Program-made: the position numbers and the translations under genes | Shown here: positions 30,814 to 40,582 of the stretch, one piece after another | How the letters are laid out: every line of letters starts with the position of its first letter | Numbering within the stretch: position 1 is the stretch's first letter | Source: an uncultured Clostridium sp. | Lineage (GTDB): Bacteria > Bacillota > Clostridia > TANB77 > CAG-508 | Reading direction: 5' to 3' | Assembly: GCA_902491155.1 (NCBI GenBank) | Contig: CABUGH010000002.1 | Span: 24,211-88,210, forward strand | DNA length: 64,000 nucleotides | The notes under the pieces: model-generated | What the model was told of the DNA's origin: nothing | Databases searched by the model: none | What the model saw: the letters and a program-made list of their open reading frames with translations, nothing else

Positions 30814-31617
30814 CTATAATAAGGTAAAAAGTAGGTATGCAAAAGGTGCTAAAAATAACAAACTATCAATTCTATCTAACATTCCACCATGTCCTGGTAT
30901 TAAATTACTAAAATCCTTTATATCTACATATCTTTTTATACTTGATGCAGAAAAATCTCCTATTTGACCTATTAAACTTAATATAATTCCTATTAATGCT
31001 ATATAGCCATAACTATAACTTACACCCCAATATGTGTTTGCAAAATATGTATAAATAAGCATTATTACAACTGCCCCTATCGTTCCTGCTATACATCCCT
31101 CTATTGATTTTTTAGGACTAACTTTACTGAATTTGTGTTTTCCAAAATGTTTTCCTATAAAATACGCAAATATATCTGTTCCCCATGCAGCAGAAATAGC
31201 ATACCACACATTAATATTTCCATTTGGCATTCCATTTATAAAAGCTATAAACATCATAAAAAACACCACATAAAATATTCCTATAAAAGTATAAGCAATA
31301 TCCTTAAAATTTATTCTCATATCTGTTACAATTACATTTAAAAATAAAATCAATAAAATTGTTGGAACAGATAATGTTACCACTATATTTAATTTAGATT
31401 GTGGTATTAAATGTATAAGTGCAATACTTAAACAACTCAAATACCCAACCCATCTTACAGGTTTGCATACTTTTGAAATAGCCTTAAAATACTCATATAT
31501 TCCAAGTCCAGCTACGATAGCTAATAAAACATCTACTATATATTTATTTCCTATTAAAAAAATTATTACGACTAATGGAAATCCCAATAATCCTGATGTG
31601 ATTCTCTTTACATCCAT
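30814..31617 (-). CDS. cdsA: Phosphatidate cytidylyltransferase
   Basis: Polytopic; C-terminal signature SSIKRYVDIKDFSNLIPGHGGMLDRIDS. Confidence 0.9.
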   Translation of the reverse strand: MDVKRITSGLLGFPLVVIIFLIGNKYIVDVLLAIVAGLGIYEYFKAISKVCKPVRWVGYLSCLSIALIHLIPQSKLNIVVTLSVPTILLILFLNVIVTDMRINFKDIAYTFIGIFYVVFFMMFIAFINGMPNGNINVWYAISAAWGTDIFAYFIGKHFGKHKFSKVSPKKSIEGCIAGTIGAVVIMLIYTYFANTYWGVSYSYGYIALIGIILSLIGQIGDFSASSIKRYVDIKDFSNLIPGHGGMLDRIDSLLFLAPFAYLLFTLL

Positions 31618-31657
31618 ATTTTAGTTCTCCTTTTATTTATTTTCTATATTTATGCTA

Positions 31658-32371
31658 CTAATTAGCTCCAAATTTTCTAGTTCTTTTTTGATATTCTTCA
31701 ATTGCCTGATTTAAGTCTTCCTCTGTAAAATCTGGCCAATTTTTGTTTATAAATAAAAATTCTGAATATGATAATTGCCAAGGTAAAAAATTACTTAAAC
31801 GCATTTCACCGCTAGTTCTAATTAATAAATCTGGATCTGGTTGACCATATGTATACAAAAATCTTTCTATATCTTCTTCTTTTATATCTTCAGGGTTCAA
31901 CCCATTGTCTTTTACTTGTTCAGCAATCTTTCGTGTTGCATGCAATATTTCTTCTCTTCCACCATAATTTAATGCAATATTAAATATAATTCCAGTATTG
32001 TTTTTAGTTCTTTCCATACATTTTTCAATACTAGAAATCATTTTTTCTGAAAGCCCCTTTCTGCTTCCTATAATTTTTACTTTTATATTTTCTGAATCTG
32101 CTCTTTTGCTATAATCATCTAAATAGCTTTGAAAAAGTGCCATTAATGTGGATACCTCATCTTTTGCTCTTTTCCAATTTTCTGTAGAAAATGCATATAC
32201 CGTAATATTTTCTATTCCAATTTTATTTGCATATCTAACAATTCTCTCTAAAACTTTTGCTCCTTCTTTATGCCCAAAACCTGCTGGCTTTCCTTTTGCT
32301 TTTGCCCATCTTCTATTTCCATCCATTATTATAGCAATATGTTTGGGTAAATTTTCTTTTTCTAAATTCAT
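31658..32371 (-). CDS. uppS: Undecaprenyl diphosphate synthase
   Basis: HIAIIMDGNRRWA and IRTSGEMRLSNFLPWQ motifs. Confidence 0.95.
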   Translation of the reverse strand: MNLEKENLPKHIAIIMDGNRRWAKAKGKPAGFGHKEGAKVLERIVRYANKIGIENITVYAFSTENWKRAKDEVSTLMALFQSYLDDYSKRADSENIKVKIIGSRKGLSEKMISSIEKCMERTKNNTGIIFNIALNYGGREEILHATRKIAEQVKDNGLNPEDIKEEDIERFLYTYGQPDPDLLIRTSGEMRLSNFLPWQLSYSEFLFINKNWPDFTEEDLNQAIEEYQKRTRKFGAN

Positions 32372-32447
32372 ATTTAATTCCTTGTATATTTTATTTAGGT
32401 TAAAAAGGTCCTATTCCTTTTTTATATTTAAAAGAATTATTGTAGCC

Positions 32448-33344
32448 TTATTTATTTCTATTACCTACGTATTTTGCCAAATCTTTTAAAAACTTAGCTT
32501 TTTCACCATATTCTTCTAAACATTTTATCGCTTCTTGTATTAAGTCATTTAAAATATCTTTTGCTCCACCTAATCCATATTTAGATACATAAGTACATTT
32601 TCCTCTTTCTTTATCATTTCCAACAGGTTTACCTAAATCTTTTTCGTTTCCCTCTTCTGATAAAATATCATCTTTTACTTGAAATGCTAAACCTATTTTT
32701 TTGGAATATTTTGTTAAATTTTCCAAATCTTCTGCCGTTGCACCTGCTAATATAGCACCCATTCTAACACTTAATGTTAATAAAGCACCTGTTTTATTTT
32801 CATGTATATATTCTAAATCTTCTATTGATATTTTTTTACCTTCAAACTCTGTGTCAACATATTCTCCTGCTATCATTTTGTCAATAGCTAGAGAAAATTC
32901 ATTAAATATTTGTAATTTTGCTTGCAATTCTTCCAGGTTTTCTATTTCTTTTTTTATATCTTCACTAATAACAATATATGCATTATTTAATAATGCATCA
33001 CCTGCCAATATTGCTGTTGCCTCATTAAATTTTTTATGATTAGTTAATTTGCCATGTCTAAAATCATCATTATCTATACCTGGCAAATCATCATGTATAA
33101 GTGAAAAATTATGTACCATTTCTATTGCAACAGCATATGGAAAACATTTTTCATATGCTGTACTATTTAATAATGAATATGTAGCCAATACTAATATTGG
33201 CCTTAACCTTTTTCCACCTGCCATCAAACTATATTCCATTGATTTATGCAAAATTTCTTCTAGACCATTGTCTTTTTTTAAATATTTTTTTAGTTCATTA
33301 TTTACTATTTTTTGATATGATTGCAATTCTTCTTTAAAATCCAT
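32448..33344 (-). CDS. Polyprenyl (farnesyl/geranylgeranyl) diphosphate synthase
   Basis: LIHDDLPGIDNDDFRHGK (first DDxxD region) and FQVKDDIL (second); the ATG at 33342-33344 fits the AAGGGA RBS better than the track start. Confidence 0.85.
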   Translation of the reverse strand: MDFKEELQSYQKIVNNELKKYLKKDNGLEEILHKSMEYSLMAGGKRLRPILVLATYSLLNSTAYEKCFPYAVAIEMVHNFSLIHDDLPGIDNDDFRHGKLTNHKKFNEATAILAGDALLNNAYIVISEDIKKEIENLEELQAKLQIFNEFSLAIDKMIAGEYVDTEFEGKKISIEDLEYIHENKTGALLTLSVRMGAILAGATAEDLENLTKYSKKIGLAFQVKDDILSEEGNEKDLGKPVGNDKERGKCTYVSKYGLGGAKDILNDLIQEAIKCLEEYGEKAKFLKDLAKYVGNRNK

Positions 33345-33439
33345 TGATTTCATTCCCTTATTTTCTAGCCTTATATATTTTATTATATTTATAACAATTT
33401 AATATTATTTAACATATTTTTTATATCTTAACATATTTC

Positions 33440-33988
33440 TTATATTGTCATGATTTCTTTTTCTTTATCAGCTAAAATTTTATCTATTTCCTCAACTTTA
33501 GCATCTGTTATCTTCTGGATTTCAACTTCTGCCTGTTTTAGTTCATCTTCTGTAATATTTCCCTCTTTTTGTTCAGTCTTTGCATTTTCTATACCATCAC
33601 GTCTGCTAGCGCGAACTGCCACTTTTGCCTCTTCAGCCATTTTTTTAATTTCTTTTACTAACTCTTTTCTTCTCTCTTCATTTAACTCTGGAAAAGCCAA
33701 ACGAATTACTTTTCCATCATTATTAGGGTTAATGCCTATATCTGATGTCAAAATTGCTTTTTCAATTTCTTTTAACACACTAATATCCCATGGTTGGATA
33801 ACAATCAATCTAGCTTCAGGCACAGAAACCCCTGCCACTTGATTAATAGGTGTTGGTGTACCATAATAATCAATTTTTACTTTATTTAATATTGCAGGAT
33901 TTGCTCTACCTGCTCTAACCTCTGATAATTTTTCTGAAAAAACACTTATTGTTTTTTCCATTTTTTCTTTCATATTTGAATAATCCAT
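33440..33988 (-). CDS. frr: Ribosome recycling factor
   Basis: 182 aa; typical RRF sequence (RAGRANPAIL, EERRKELVK). Confidence 0.95.
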   Translation of the reverse strand: MDYSNMKEKMEKTISVFSEKLSEVRAGRANPAILNKVKIDYYGTPTPINQVAGVSVPEARLIVIQPWDISVLKEIEKAILTSDIGINPNNDGKVIRLAFPELNEERRKELVKEIKKMAEEAKVAVRASRRDGIENAKTEQKEGNITEDELKQAEVEIQKITDAKVEEIDKILADKEKEIMTI

Positions 33989-34026
33989 TTTTATTCACAT
34001 TCCTTTCCTAAATTTAAAATATTTTT

Positions 34027-34746
34027 CTAATTAGCAACTATAGTTCCTATTTTATCTCCCATAACTGCTCTTACTATATTTTCTGGGTCTGATATTCCAA
34101 ATACCAATAATGGCATATTGTTATCTCTACACATAGCAGTAGCTGTTGAGTCCATTACTTTTAAGTCTTTTTCCAAAACTTCCATATAAGATATTTTTTC
34201 ATATCTTTTAGCATCTGGTACTATTTTTGGATCTGCAGAATACACAGCATCTATATTTTTTCCAAGTAATATTATATCTGCTTTTATTTCTGTTGCTCTT
34301 AAAACTGCTGCTGTATCTGTTGTAAAATAAGGATGACCTGTTCCACAAGCAAATATAACTACTCTTCCTCTATTTAAGTGTTTCTCTGCTTTTCTTTGTA
34401 TAAATGGTTCTGCAATTTCTCTCATTTCTATTGCTGTTTGTACTCTAGAATACACTCCTCTGGCCTCAAGAGCATCTTGTAAAGCCAAGCCATTCATAGC
34501 TGTTGCCAACATCCCCATATAATCAGCAGTTGTTCTTTCCATTTGGTGACCATTTCTACCTCTCCAGAAATTTCCGCCACCAACTACTATAGCAACTTGT
34601 ACTCCCATTTCTACTACTTCTTTTATTTTATCACATATTTTTCCTACTATTTCTGCATTAACACCTGTCTTTTGTTCTCCTGCTAATACTTCTCCACTCA
34701 ATTTTAGTAATACCCTTTTGTATTTTGGTTCTGACAATTTTTCCAC
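34027..34746 (-). CDS. pyrH: UMP kinase
   Basis: [12 protein letters not shown]...GGGNFWRG motifs; start is either the GTG at 34746 or the TTG at 34737. Confidence 0.95.
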   Translation of the reverse strand: MEKLSEPKYKRVLLKLSGEVLAGEQKTGVNAEIVGKICDKIKEVVEMGVQVAIVVGGGNFWRGRNGHQMERTTADYMGMLATAMNGLALQDALEARGVYSRVQTAIEMREIAEPFIQRKAEKHLNRGRVVIFACGTGHPYFTTDTAAVLRATEIKADIILLGKNIDAVYSADPKIVPDAKRYEKISYMEVLEKDLKVMDSTATAMCRDNNMPLLVFGISDPENIVRAVMGDKIGTIVAN

Positions 34747-35088
34747 TCTCCTTAAAATATTTACAAATTATGTACAAAACAAATTCTATTTTGTACATCT
34801 TTTTTCTCACACCCATTTTATCATAAATTTGAAAAAAGTACAGTATTTTTTAAGATTTTTTTACTTTTTAAAAAGCAAAGTTACACTTCAAGCAGTTCAC
34901 ACGTCAAATAGGAGATAAGTTTTAAATCTTATCTCCTTAATATCATTTAAATAAGTATATTTAATTTTTTTAAATTATTCATTTTAATAAGTTAATTTGC
35001 TTAATATCATATAAATACTTTTTAGTTTAAAATTTTCTTTTTACATTTCTGTATCTAACATATCTTCCTTTTATAAGCGATTAATTAA

Positions 35089-35265
35089 ATATTCGAGTAT
35101 CCTAATGCAATAAGAAAAGCCATTTACACTACAAATGCAATAGAAAGCTTATATTCTGCTTTGCGTAAGGTTACTAAAGGAAAAGGTTATTTTATCAATA
35201 AAGAGGCTTTGCTTAATGTCCTATTTTTAAGAGTAAAAGATCTTCAGGGCAAGTGGGCTAATTAA
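35089..35265 (+). pseudogene. IS256-family transposase, C-terminal remnant
   Basis: Hand translation IFEYPNAIRKAIYTTNAIESLYSALRKVTKGKGYFINKEALLNVLFLRVKDLQGKWAN-stop matches the conserved IS256 C-terminus (IYTTNAIES); only about 58 codons, no start. Confidence 0.75.
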
Positions 35266-35311
35266 ACTTTAGAATTTACACACTTAAGTTTTAAGTCACG
35301 ATTTCAAAGTG

Positions 35312-37006
35312 CTACACGACCAAAGCCGCACGGAACCCGTCGTTGTAGTGAAGGTAGCCGCTAGCGACGCCAGAATACAACACACCAGCACCACCGCCGT
35401 TGTCGCAACCGCCCCCACGTACGACGAAAGGACAAGCCAGATGGCCTATAAGAGTTAGGTCTCCATCCCACGTGTACCCGTATCCAGCACTACCTGATAC
35501 TGCATTCGCTGCTGATGTAAACCAGTTCCAACTTCCATTTGTTCCTGATGGAGCATAAAATGCAAATGTTGATGATACTTCATTTACTCCTATTCCTTTA
35601 TGATTCGCCATGTGGTCATAATTATATTTTGTTAATTTATAACGTGCTTCTTGATATTTTAATGCCGTTTTTGATCCATCCCATAATCCTGTTTCTACTG
35701 TTCCATCACTTAATGTTATTTTATTATTTTTTTCTTCTTCACTTACTTCATATGAATCCCATAAACTTGCATATCTTGAATTCAATTTTCCATTTTGAAA
35801 ATATTTTATAGTTCCATCTTCACTTACTCCATAAGCATCTAAATAACTATTAGAATTATCTAAATATCCTGCTACTCTTTCCCAAGCTCCTCCTGCCATA
35901 TCATATACACCTGTTACATTTCTTGTTGTACTTGAAAGTACTCCATTTGATGTACTGTAATTATGTGATGCATCATAACTGTAATTTCCTTCATCACCTG
36001 ATGATTTAGGTCCTTGGCCTGTATATAAATCATAGTAATGGTCACTTAACCAAGTTCCTGCCCCATTTGTCATTGGAGCACTTCCACATTCACTATAACA
36101 CAAATATGCTACTGCTCCCCATTCACTATTTTTTATTAAATGAGTATTTGCCCCACTTGTTAATCCAAAACTTGATTTTGAAGTTGTTGCTATATCCATA
36201 CTACGTTTTTCACTTTCACCTATAGATATATGTCTCCAACTTATTTTATTTGGTAAACTTTTGGCTATTGTTGTACTATCTGGTGCATATTGTTGTTCTG
36301 ATGATGAACTACTTGCATTTCCTACTGCATTTCCATCTTTATTTGTTCCACTTGCTTCAAATTTTGCTACCCAGAATCCATTTAATTCTGTTCCTCCTAA
36401 ATTAAATGCTGGATGTACTATTGCTGTTTTACTTGTATCTGTTGATTCATCTGTTGTATATATTACTCCATCTGAACCTTCATTTGTGTTACCTTTTAAG
36501 AATGTTACTTCTATATTTTTTTCTCCTGCTATTTTATAGGCATATCTTGGTATCCACACATACATACTTCCTAAATCTCTTTCTGCCACTGTTTGTCCTA
36601 CTGCAACTGTATCAGCTTTGTATGTACCATCACTTAGCATTACATTTGCCCATTCTTTTTTATCATTATAGTTGTACCATTCTGCATCATCTTGGCTACA
36701 TACTACCCAAGTATTGTTTTTCCATTTTATTGGTATCATTCCTGTTGTTACTTTTGGACTATTTGCTTTTTTATCTCTATTATATCCTTCTACTCCATTC
36801 ATTGTATCTGTAATTTCTTGTAAATTTCTTTCTTCATCTTTTTGTGCTTGTTCTGTTTTTTCTTTGGCTTCTTTAGCTTTTGTTAGTATTCCGTTATCTC
36901 CACTTAGTGCTGCTATTGTCACTCCTGCCAATATTAATAACACTATAATTGTTATTACTAATGCTATTAGCGTAATTCCTCTTGCGTTTCCAATTCTTTT
37001 TTGCAT
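35312..37006 (-). CDS. Surface protein: pilin-like N-terminal leader plus FGE-sulfatase/C-type-lectin-fold C-terminal domain with DGR-VR-like end
   Basis: GGAGGA RBS; MQKRIGNARGITLIALVITIIVLLILAGV...; ordered FGE/CLec motifs FWVAKFEAS, NSEWGAVAY, GGAWERVAG, VVRGGG, GFRAALVV-stop; GC-rich 3' end. Confidence 0.85.
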   Translation of the reverse strand: MQKRIGNARGITLIALVITIIVLLILAGVTIAALSGDNGILTKAKEAKEKTEQAQKDEERNLQEITDTMNGVEGYNRDKKANSPKVTTGMIPIKWKNNTWVVCSQDDAEWYNYNDKKEWANVMLSDGTYKADTVAVGQTVAERDLGSMYVWIPRYAYKIAGEKNIEVTFLKGNTNEGSDGVIYTTDESTDTSKTAIVHPAFNLGGTELNGFWVAKFEASGTNKDGNAVGNASSSSSEQQYAPDSTTIAKSLPNKISWRHISIGESEKRSMDIATTSKSSFGLTSGANTHLIKNSEWGAVAYLCYSECGSAPMTNGAGTWLSDHYYDLYTGQGPKSSGDEGNYSYDASHNYSTSNGVLSSTTRNVTGVYDMAGGAWERVAGYLDNSNSYLDAYGVSEDGTIKYFQNGKLNSRYASLWDSYEVSEEEKNNKITLSDGTVETGLWDGSKTALKYQEARYKLTKYNYDHMANHKGIGVNEVSSTFAFYAPSGTNGSWNWFTSAANAVSGSAGYGYTWDGDLTLIGHLACPFVVRGGGCDNGGGAGVLYSGVASGYLHYNDGFRAALVV

Positions 37007-37080
37007 TTGTTTTTCCTCCTCTTATCTTTATATTATGTTTTTTATTTAAGCACAAACTTAATTAAAACTGTATACTTATT

Positions 37081-37109
37081 TTTATATCATATGCTAACCA
37101 AAAATACAA
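37081..37109 (-). promoter_or_regulatory. Sigma-A-type promoter with extended -10 for 35312-37006
   Basis: Reverse strand TTGTAT-N17 (ending TGa)-TATAAA; paralogous to 555-583 and 2728-2756. Confidence 0.5.
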
Positions 37110-37195
37110 TATATAAATTTGATTTTTATAATTTATGATATGATCACCCTATAAAATTAATTTATGAAAAGTTCACCCTACGATATAATGGAGGT

Positions 37196-37510
37196 ATGAG
37201 AACTGTTATGAAAGATAAAGAAGAATTAAAAAAAGCAGTAATAGAAAGTTGTATTAATGGAACTATGACAATTAAAGTCGCAGCAGATAGGTTAAATTTT
37301 TCAGAGCGCTATGTAAAAAAATTGAAAGCGAGGTATAAAAAATATGGTGCTTCATCCATGACGCAAAGACCTTCAGCAGGTGAATTACTGCAAGTTGATG
37401 GCACACCTCATCAGTTTTTCTATGGTGATTCTAAAGAATATTGTTTGCATGGTTTTATTGATGATGCTACTCATCAAGTAACCGGCTTGTATATGTGTGA
37501 TCAAGTGTAG
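37196..37510 (+). pseudogene. ISNCY/IS481-like transposase, N-terminal remnant with internal deletion
   Basis: An HTH part (TIKVAADRLNFSERYVKKLKARYKKYG) is joined directly to the start of the DDE core (GELLQVDGTPHQFF....HGFIDDATH), then a stop. Confidence 0.6.
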
Positions 37511-37512
37511 AT

Positions 37513-37824
37513 TTACCAATAGAAGAATTAGCAAAAATAATAAGGAAACACTGGCAAATAGAGAATAACTTGCATTGGGTACTAGATATGTATTTTTATG
37601 AAGATTTAAGTAGAAATAGAAAAGATAATAGCATGGAGAATTTATCTATTTTGAAAAAACTATGTTATAACATAATAAAAATAGATAAAAGATATGATAG
37701 AGTTAATAAAAATGGAAATCTAGTAAAATTGAGTAGCAAAAGAAAAATGAATAGATATATAGATTATCCAGAAGATTTTGAAGAATTACTTACAACAGTA
37801 ATTCCTCAAATATATAAAATGTGA
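37513..37824 (+). pseudogene. ISAs1-family transposase, C-terminal remnant
   Basis: LPIEELAKIIRKHWQIENNLHWVLDMYFYEDLSRNRKDNSMENLSILKK matches the ISAs1 C-terminal signature (HW.IEN.LHWVLD..F.ED.SR). Confidence 0.7.
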
Positions 37825-38017
37825 TTGGTAAAATATGTCAGGGAATTATTTTACCCTATAAAAAAAGTTTTTTGTTCTTTGTCAAAAAAAATATATAATC
37901 CTTGAAATATCAATAGTTATAGACTTTAATGGTTATTGTTAAGTTTAAAGCTTAACAATAAAATTTACTATTAATAATACATGGTCTTTGCCCCTATCAT
38001 TAATTTGTAATTGCCTA

Positions 38018-38054
38018 CAAAAAAAACGCTTTAGATTTTATTTTCTAAAACGTT
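38018..38054 (-). terminator. Terminator after tsf
   Basis: Reverse strand AACGTTTTAGA-loop-TCTAAAGCGTT followed by TTTTTTTT. Confidence 0.65.
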
Positions 38055-38089
38055 CTTTTTATTATATATCTAGTTTTTCTTACAACATT

Positions 38090-38968
38090 TTATTTTATTT
38101 GTTTCATTACTTCTTCAGCAAAGTTTTCTTCTTTTTTCTCGATTCCTTCACCTTTTTCAAATCTTGCAAATTCTACAACTTCTGCATCTTTTTGTTTTAA
38201 TAATTCAGAAACTTTAATACTTGGATCTTTTACAAATGCTTGATCTACTAAGCAAATTTCTTCATAGAATTTTCCAATTCTTCCTTGTACTATTTTTTCT
38301 GCTATTGCTTCTGGTTTTCCCTCGTTCATTGTTTGAACTTTTAGAATTTCCATTTCTTTAGCTACTCTAGCTTCTGGTACTTCTTCTCTTTTTACAAATT
38401 CTGGTCTAGCTGCTGCTATTTGCATACAAATATCTTTAGATATTTCTTTATTTCCTTTTTTCATGTTTACTAAAACTGCTATTTTTCCATCACCATGGAT
38501 ATATTTTTCAACTAATCCTTCTGATTCAAATCTTGCAAATCTTCTTATACTTAAATTTTCACCTATTGTTGCAATTTTTCCAACTAATGCTTCTTGTACT
38601 GTTTTACCTTCTTCGAACATAGCAGGTTGAGCTAATAACTCTTCAACATCCTTTGGATTTGTTTTTAATACTTGATTTGCTACATTTTCAACAAATGTTT
38701 TAAATTCTTCATTTTTAGCAACAAAATCTGTTTCTGAGTTTACTTCTATTATTGCTCCTGATTTTCCATCTTCTGAAATAACTGCTTCTACTAAACCTTC
38801 TGCTGCAACTCTTCCTGATTTTTTAGCAGCTTTTGCAATTCCTCTTTCTCTTAATAATTCAATTGCTTTTTCCATATCTCCATCTGTTTCTGTTAAAACC
38901 TTTTTGCAGTCCATCATTCCTGCACCTGTTTTTTCTCTTAATTCTTTTACTAAGCTTGCTGTAATCAT
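38090..38968 (-). CDS. tsf: Elongation factor Ts
   Basis: MITASLVKELREKTGAGMMDCKK...; GGAGGA RBS before the ATG at 38966-38968, so the track N-terminal extension is rejected. Confidence 0.95.
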   Translation of the reverse strand: MITASLVKELREKTGAGMMDCKKVLTETDGDMEKAIELLRERGIAKAAKKSGRVAAEGLVEAVISEDGKSGAIIEVNSETDFVAKNEEFKTFVENVANQVLKTNPKDVEELLAQPAMFEEGKTVQEALVGKIATIGENLSIRRFARFESEGLVEKYIHGDGKIAVLVNMKKGNKEISKDICMQIAAARPEFVKREEVPEARVAKEMEILKVQTMNEGKPEAIAEKIVQGRIGKFYEEICLVDQAFVKDPSIKVSELLKQKDAEVVEFARFEKGEGIEKKEENFAEEVMKQIK

Positions 38969-39063
38969 CTTTAAATTCCTCCTTCTATTTTTAAAGCGAG
39001 CCAACGCTACGTCCGAATCACTTTTCGCACGAGCGAAGCTCGCCCTTATAAACTTTTTATAAA

Positions 39064-39837
39064 TTATTCAGCTGTTTCTTCAGTTTTTTCTACAACTTGT
39101 TCCATATCTGTTGCTTCTTCTGATACATCTTGTTCTTCAACTGTTTCGAAACTTTCACCTTGTCTACCTTCTATAACTGCATTTGCCATTACATCTGCAA
39201 TTAGTTTTACAGCTCTTATAGCATCATCATTTCCAGGAATAGCATAATCTACTTCTTCTGGATTGCAGTTTGTATCTACTAAACCTATAATTGGTATATT
39301 TAATTTTTTAGCTTCTAATACTGCTATTCTTTCTTTTTTAGGATCTACTAAAAATATAACTCCTGGTAATTCTTCCATGTCTTTTATTCCACCTAAGTTT
39401 CTTTCTAGTTTTTCCATTTCTTTCTTTAATAAAATAACTTCTTTTTTAGGTAATACATCAAATGTTCCGTCTTCTTGCATAGCTTCTAAATCTTTTAATC
39501 TTTGTACTCTTGCTCTAATTGTTTCAAAGTTTGTTAGCATTCCTCCTAACCATCTTTGATCTACATAGTACATTCCACATTTGATTGCTGCTTCTTTCAT
39601 GCACTCTTGTGCTTGTTTTTTTGTTCCTACAAATAGAACTGTTTTTCCTTCTTCAGCTTGTTCTTTTAAGAACGCATATGCCTCGTCTAATTTTTTTGAT
39701 GTCTTTTGTAAATCGATAATATGAATTCCATTTCTGGCTTGGAATATATATTCTGCCATTTTTGGATCCCATCTTCTAGTTTGATGTCCAAAGTGAACAC
39801 CTGCTTCTAGTAATTGTTTCATTGCAACTACTGCCAT
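39064..39837 (-). CDS. rpsB: 30S ribosomal protein S2
   Basis: [27 protein letters not shown]...; GGGAGGA RBS before the ATG at 39835-39837. Confidence 0.95.
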   Translation of the reverse strand: MAVVAMKQLLEAGVHFGHQTRRWDPKMAEYIFQARNGIHIIDLQKTSKKLDEAYAFLKEQAEEGKTVLFVGTKKQAQECMKEAAIKCGMYYVDQRWLGGMLTNFETIRARVQRLKDLEAMQEDGTFDVLPKKEVILLKKEMEKLERNLGGIKDMEELPGVIFLVDPKKERIAVLEAKKLNIPIIGLVDTNCNPEEVDYAIPGNDDAIRAVKLIADVMANAVIEGRQGESFETVEEQDVSEEATDMEQVVEKTEETAE

Positions 39838-40008
39838 TTTTAATTCCTCCCTTTTTGTTTTTACTTCCATAAAGTTTACACTTGAACCGGACCAACTTTG
39901 TTGGCACACCCTTTCAAATTAGCTCTATGTGTTTTTTACATTCCATATTGTACCAAATTTTTTAAGAAAATGCAAGTGTTTTTTTGCTTTTTTATGCATA
40001 TACTCCAA

Positions 40009-40509
40009 TTATTTTTGTTCTGTGCACAATAACATCTTCAAAATCTCTTCAGAAATGCAATTTAGCACCTCTTTTTTTTGCTCTTTTCTTTCACTATCAG
40101 AAACACGAATCTTTCTGACTATTACATCATTATTTTCATTAACAATTGCAAACCATACACAATTTAATTTATCAACAGGATTACTTGGATCTATTCTACC
40201 CAATTGTCCAGTAACTCCAATTCCAATATCAGATTTTGTTTCTTTTTTTACTGCTTTTGCCATTTCTATTGCTGTTTCTTGACTATACACTGTATATTTA
40301 TCAATTATTTCCTTTGGCACACCATGTTTAATTTTTGCCTCATTACAATACGTTACATAACTTTCCATTATTACAGATGAAGCGCCAGAAATATTTGTTA
40401 TTTCATTTGCTATTCCTCCACCTGTACAGCTTTCCATTGTTGAAATTGTCAAATTTTCTTCAATAAGCTTGTCCACTATTTTTTTCCAATTATCCTTTTC
40501 GTTTTCCAT
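40009..40509 (-). CDS. CinA-family C-terminal domain protein (nicotinamide-nucleotide amidohydrolase PncC-like)
   Basis: ESCTGGGIANEITNISGASSV...YCNEAK motif block; AGGGAG RBS before the ATG at 40507-40509. Confidence 0.8.
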   Translation of the reverse strand: MENEKDNWKKIVDKLIEENLTISTMESCTGGGIANEITNISGASSVIMESYVTYCNEAKIKHGVPKEIIDKYTVYSQETAIEMAKAVKKETKSDIGIGVTGQLGRIDPSNPVDKLNCVWFAIVNENNDVIVRKIRVSDSERKEQKKEVLNCISEEILKMLLCTEQK

Positions 40510-40582
40510 ATTTTTATACTCCCTTTCAAATAACATTAAAGCCAGAATTTCTAATGCTTTTTACATAGAAATTCTGAGCTAT

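Larger units (their letters stand above)
34747..38089. mobile_element. Accessory island between pyrH and tsf holding three IS remnants and one surface-protein gene
   Basis: tsf and pyrH are normally adjacent; the interval holds IS256-, ISNCY/IS481-like and ISAs1-family transposase fragments, none intact. Confidence 0.6.

Noticed and set aside
34910-34937. Hairpin AGGAGATAAG-N8-CTTATCTCCT upstream of pyrH as a terminator or regulatory element
   Set aside because: No U-run on either strand and no gene end nearby (375 nt from the FGE gene stop, with an IS fragment in between). It cannot be assigned a role from sequence alone.
38995-39050. GC-rich stretch between rpsB and tsf (AGCGAGCC...GTCCGAATCAC...GAGCGAAGCTCGCC) as a third REP-like copy or an attenuator
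   Set aside because: Only a partial match (GTCCGAATC versus GTCCCCGAATC) and different flanks. It may simply be a local stem-loop between two co-transcribed genes. Mentioned under the REP finding but not annotated.
39838-39909. N-terminal extensions of track ORFs (rpsB here; also tsf 38969-39004, ymdB 13853-13906, nrdD 10104-10124, cinA 40510-40536, U32 50189-50248, RSH-1 50233-50304)
   Set aside because: In each case a strong GGAGG-type RBS sits 6-10 nt before an internal ATG that matches the conserved protein N-terminus. The extensions have no RBS and no homology.
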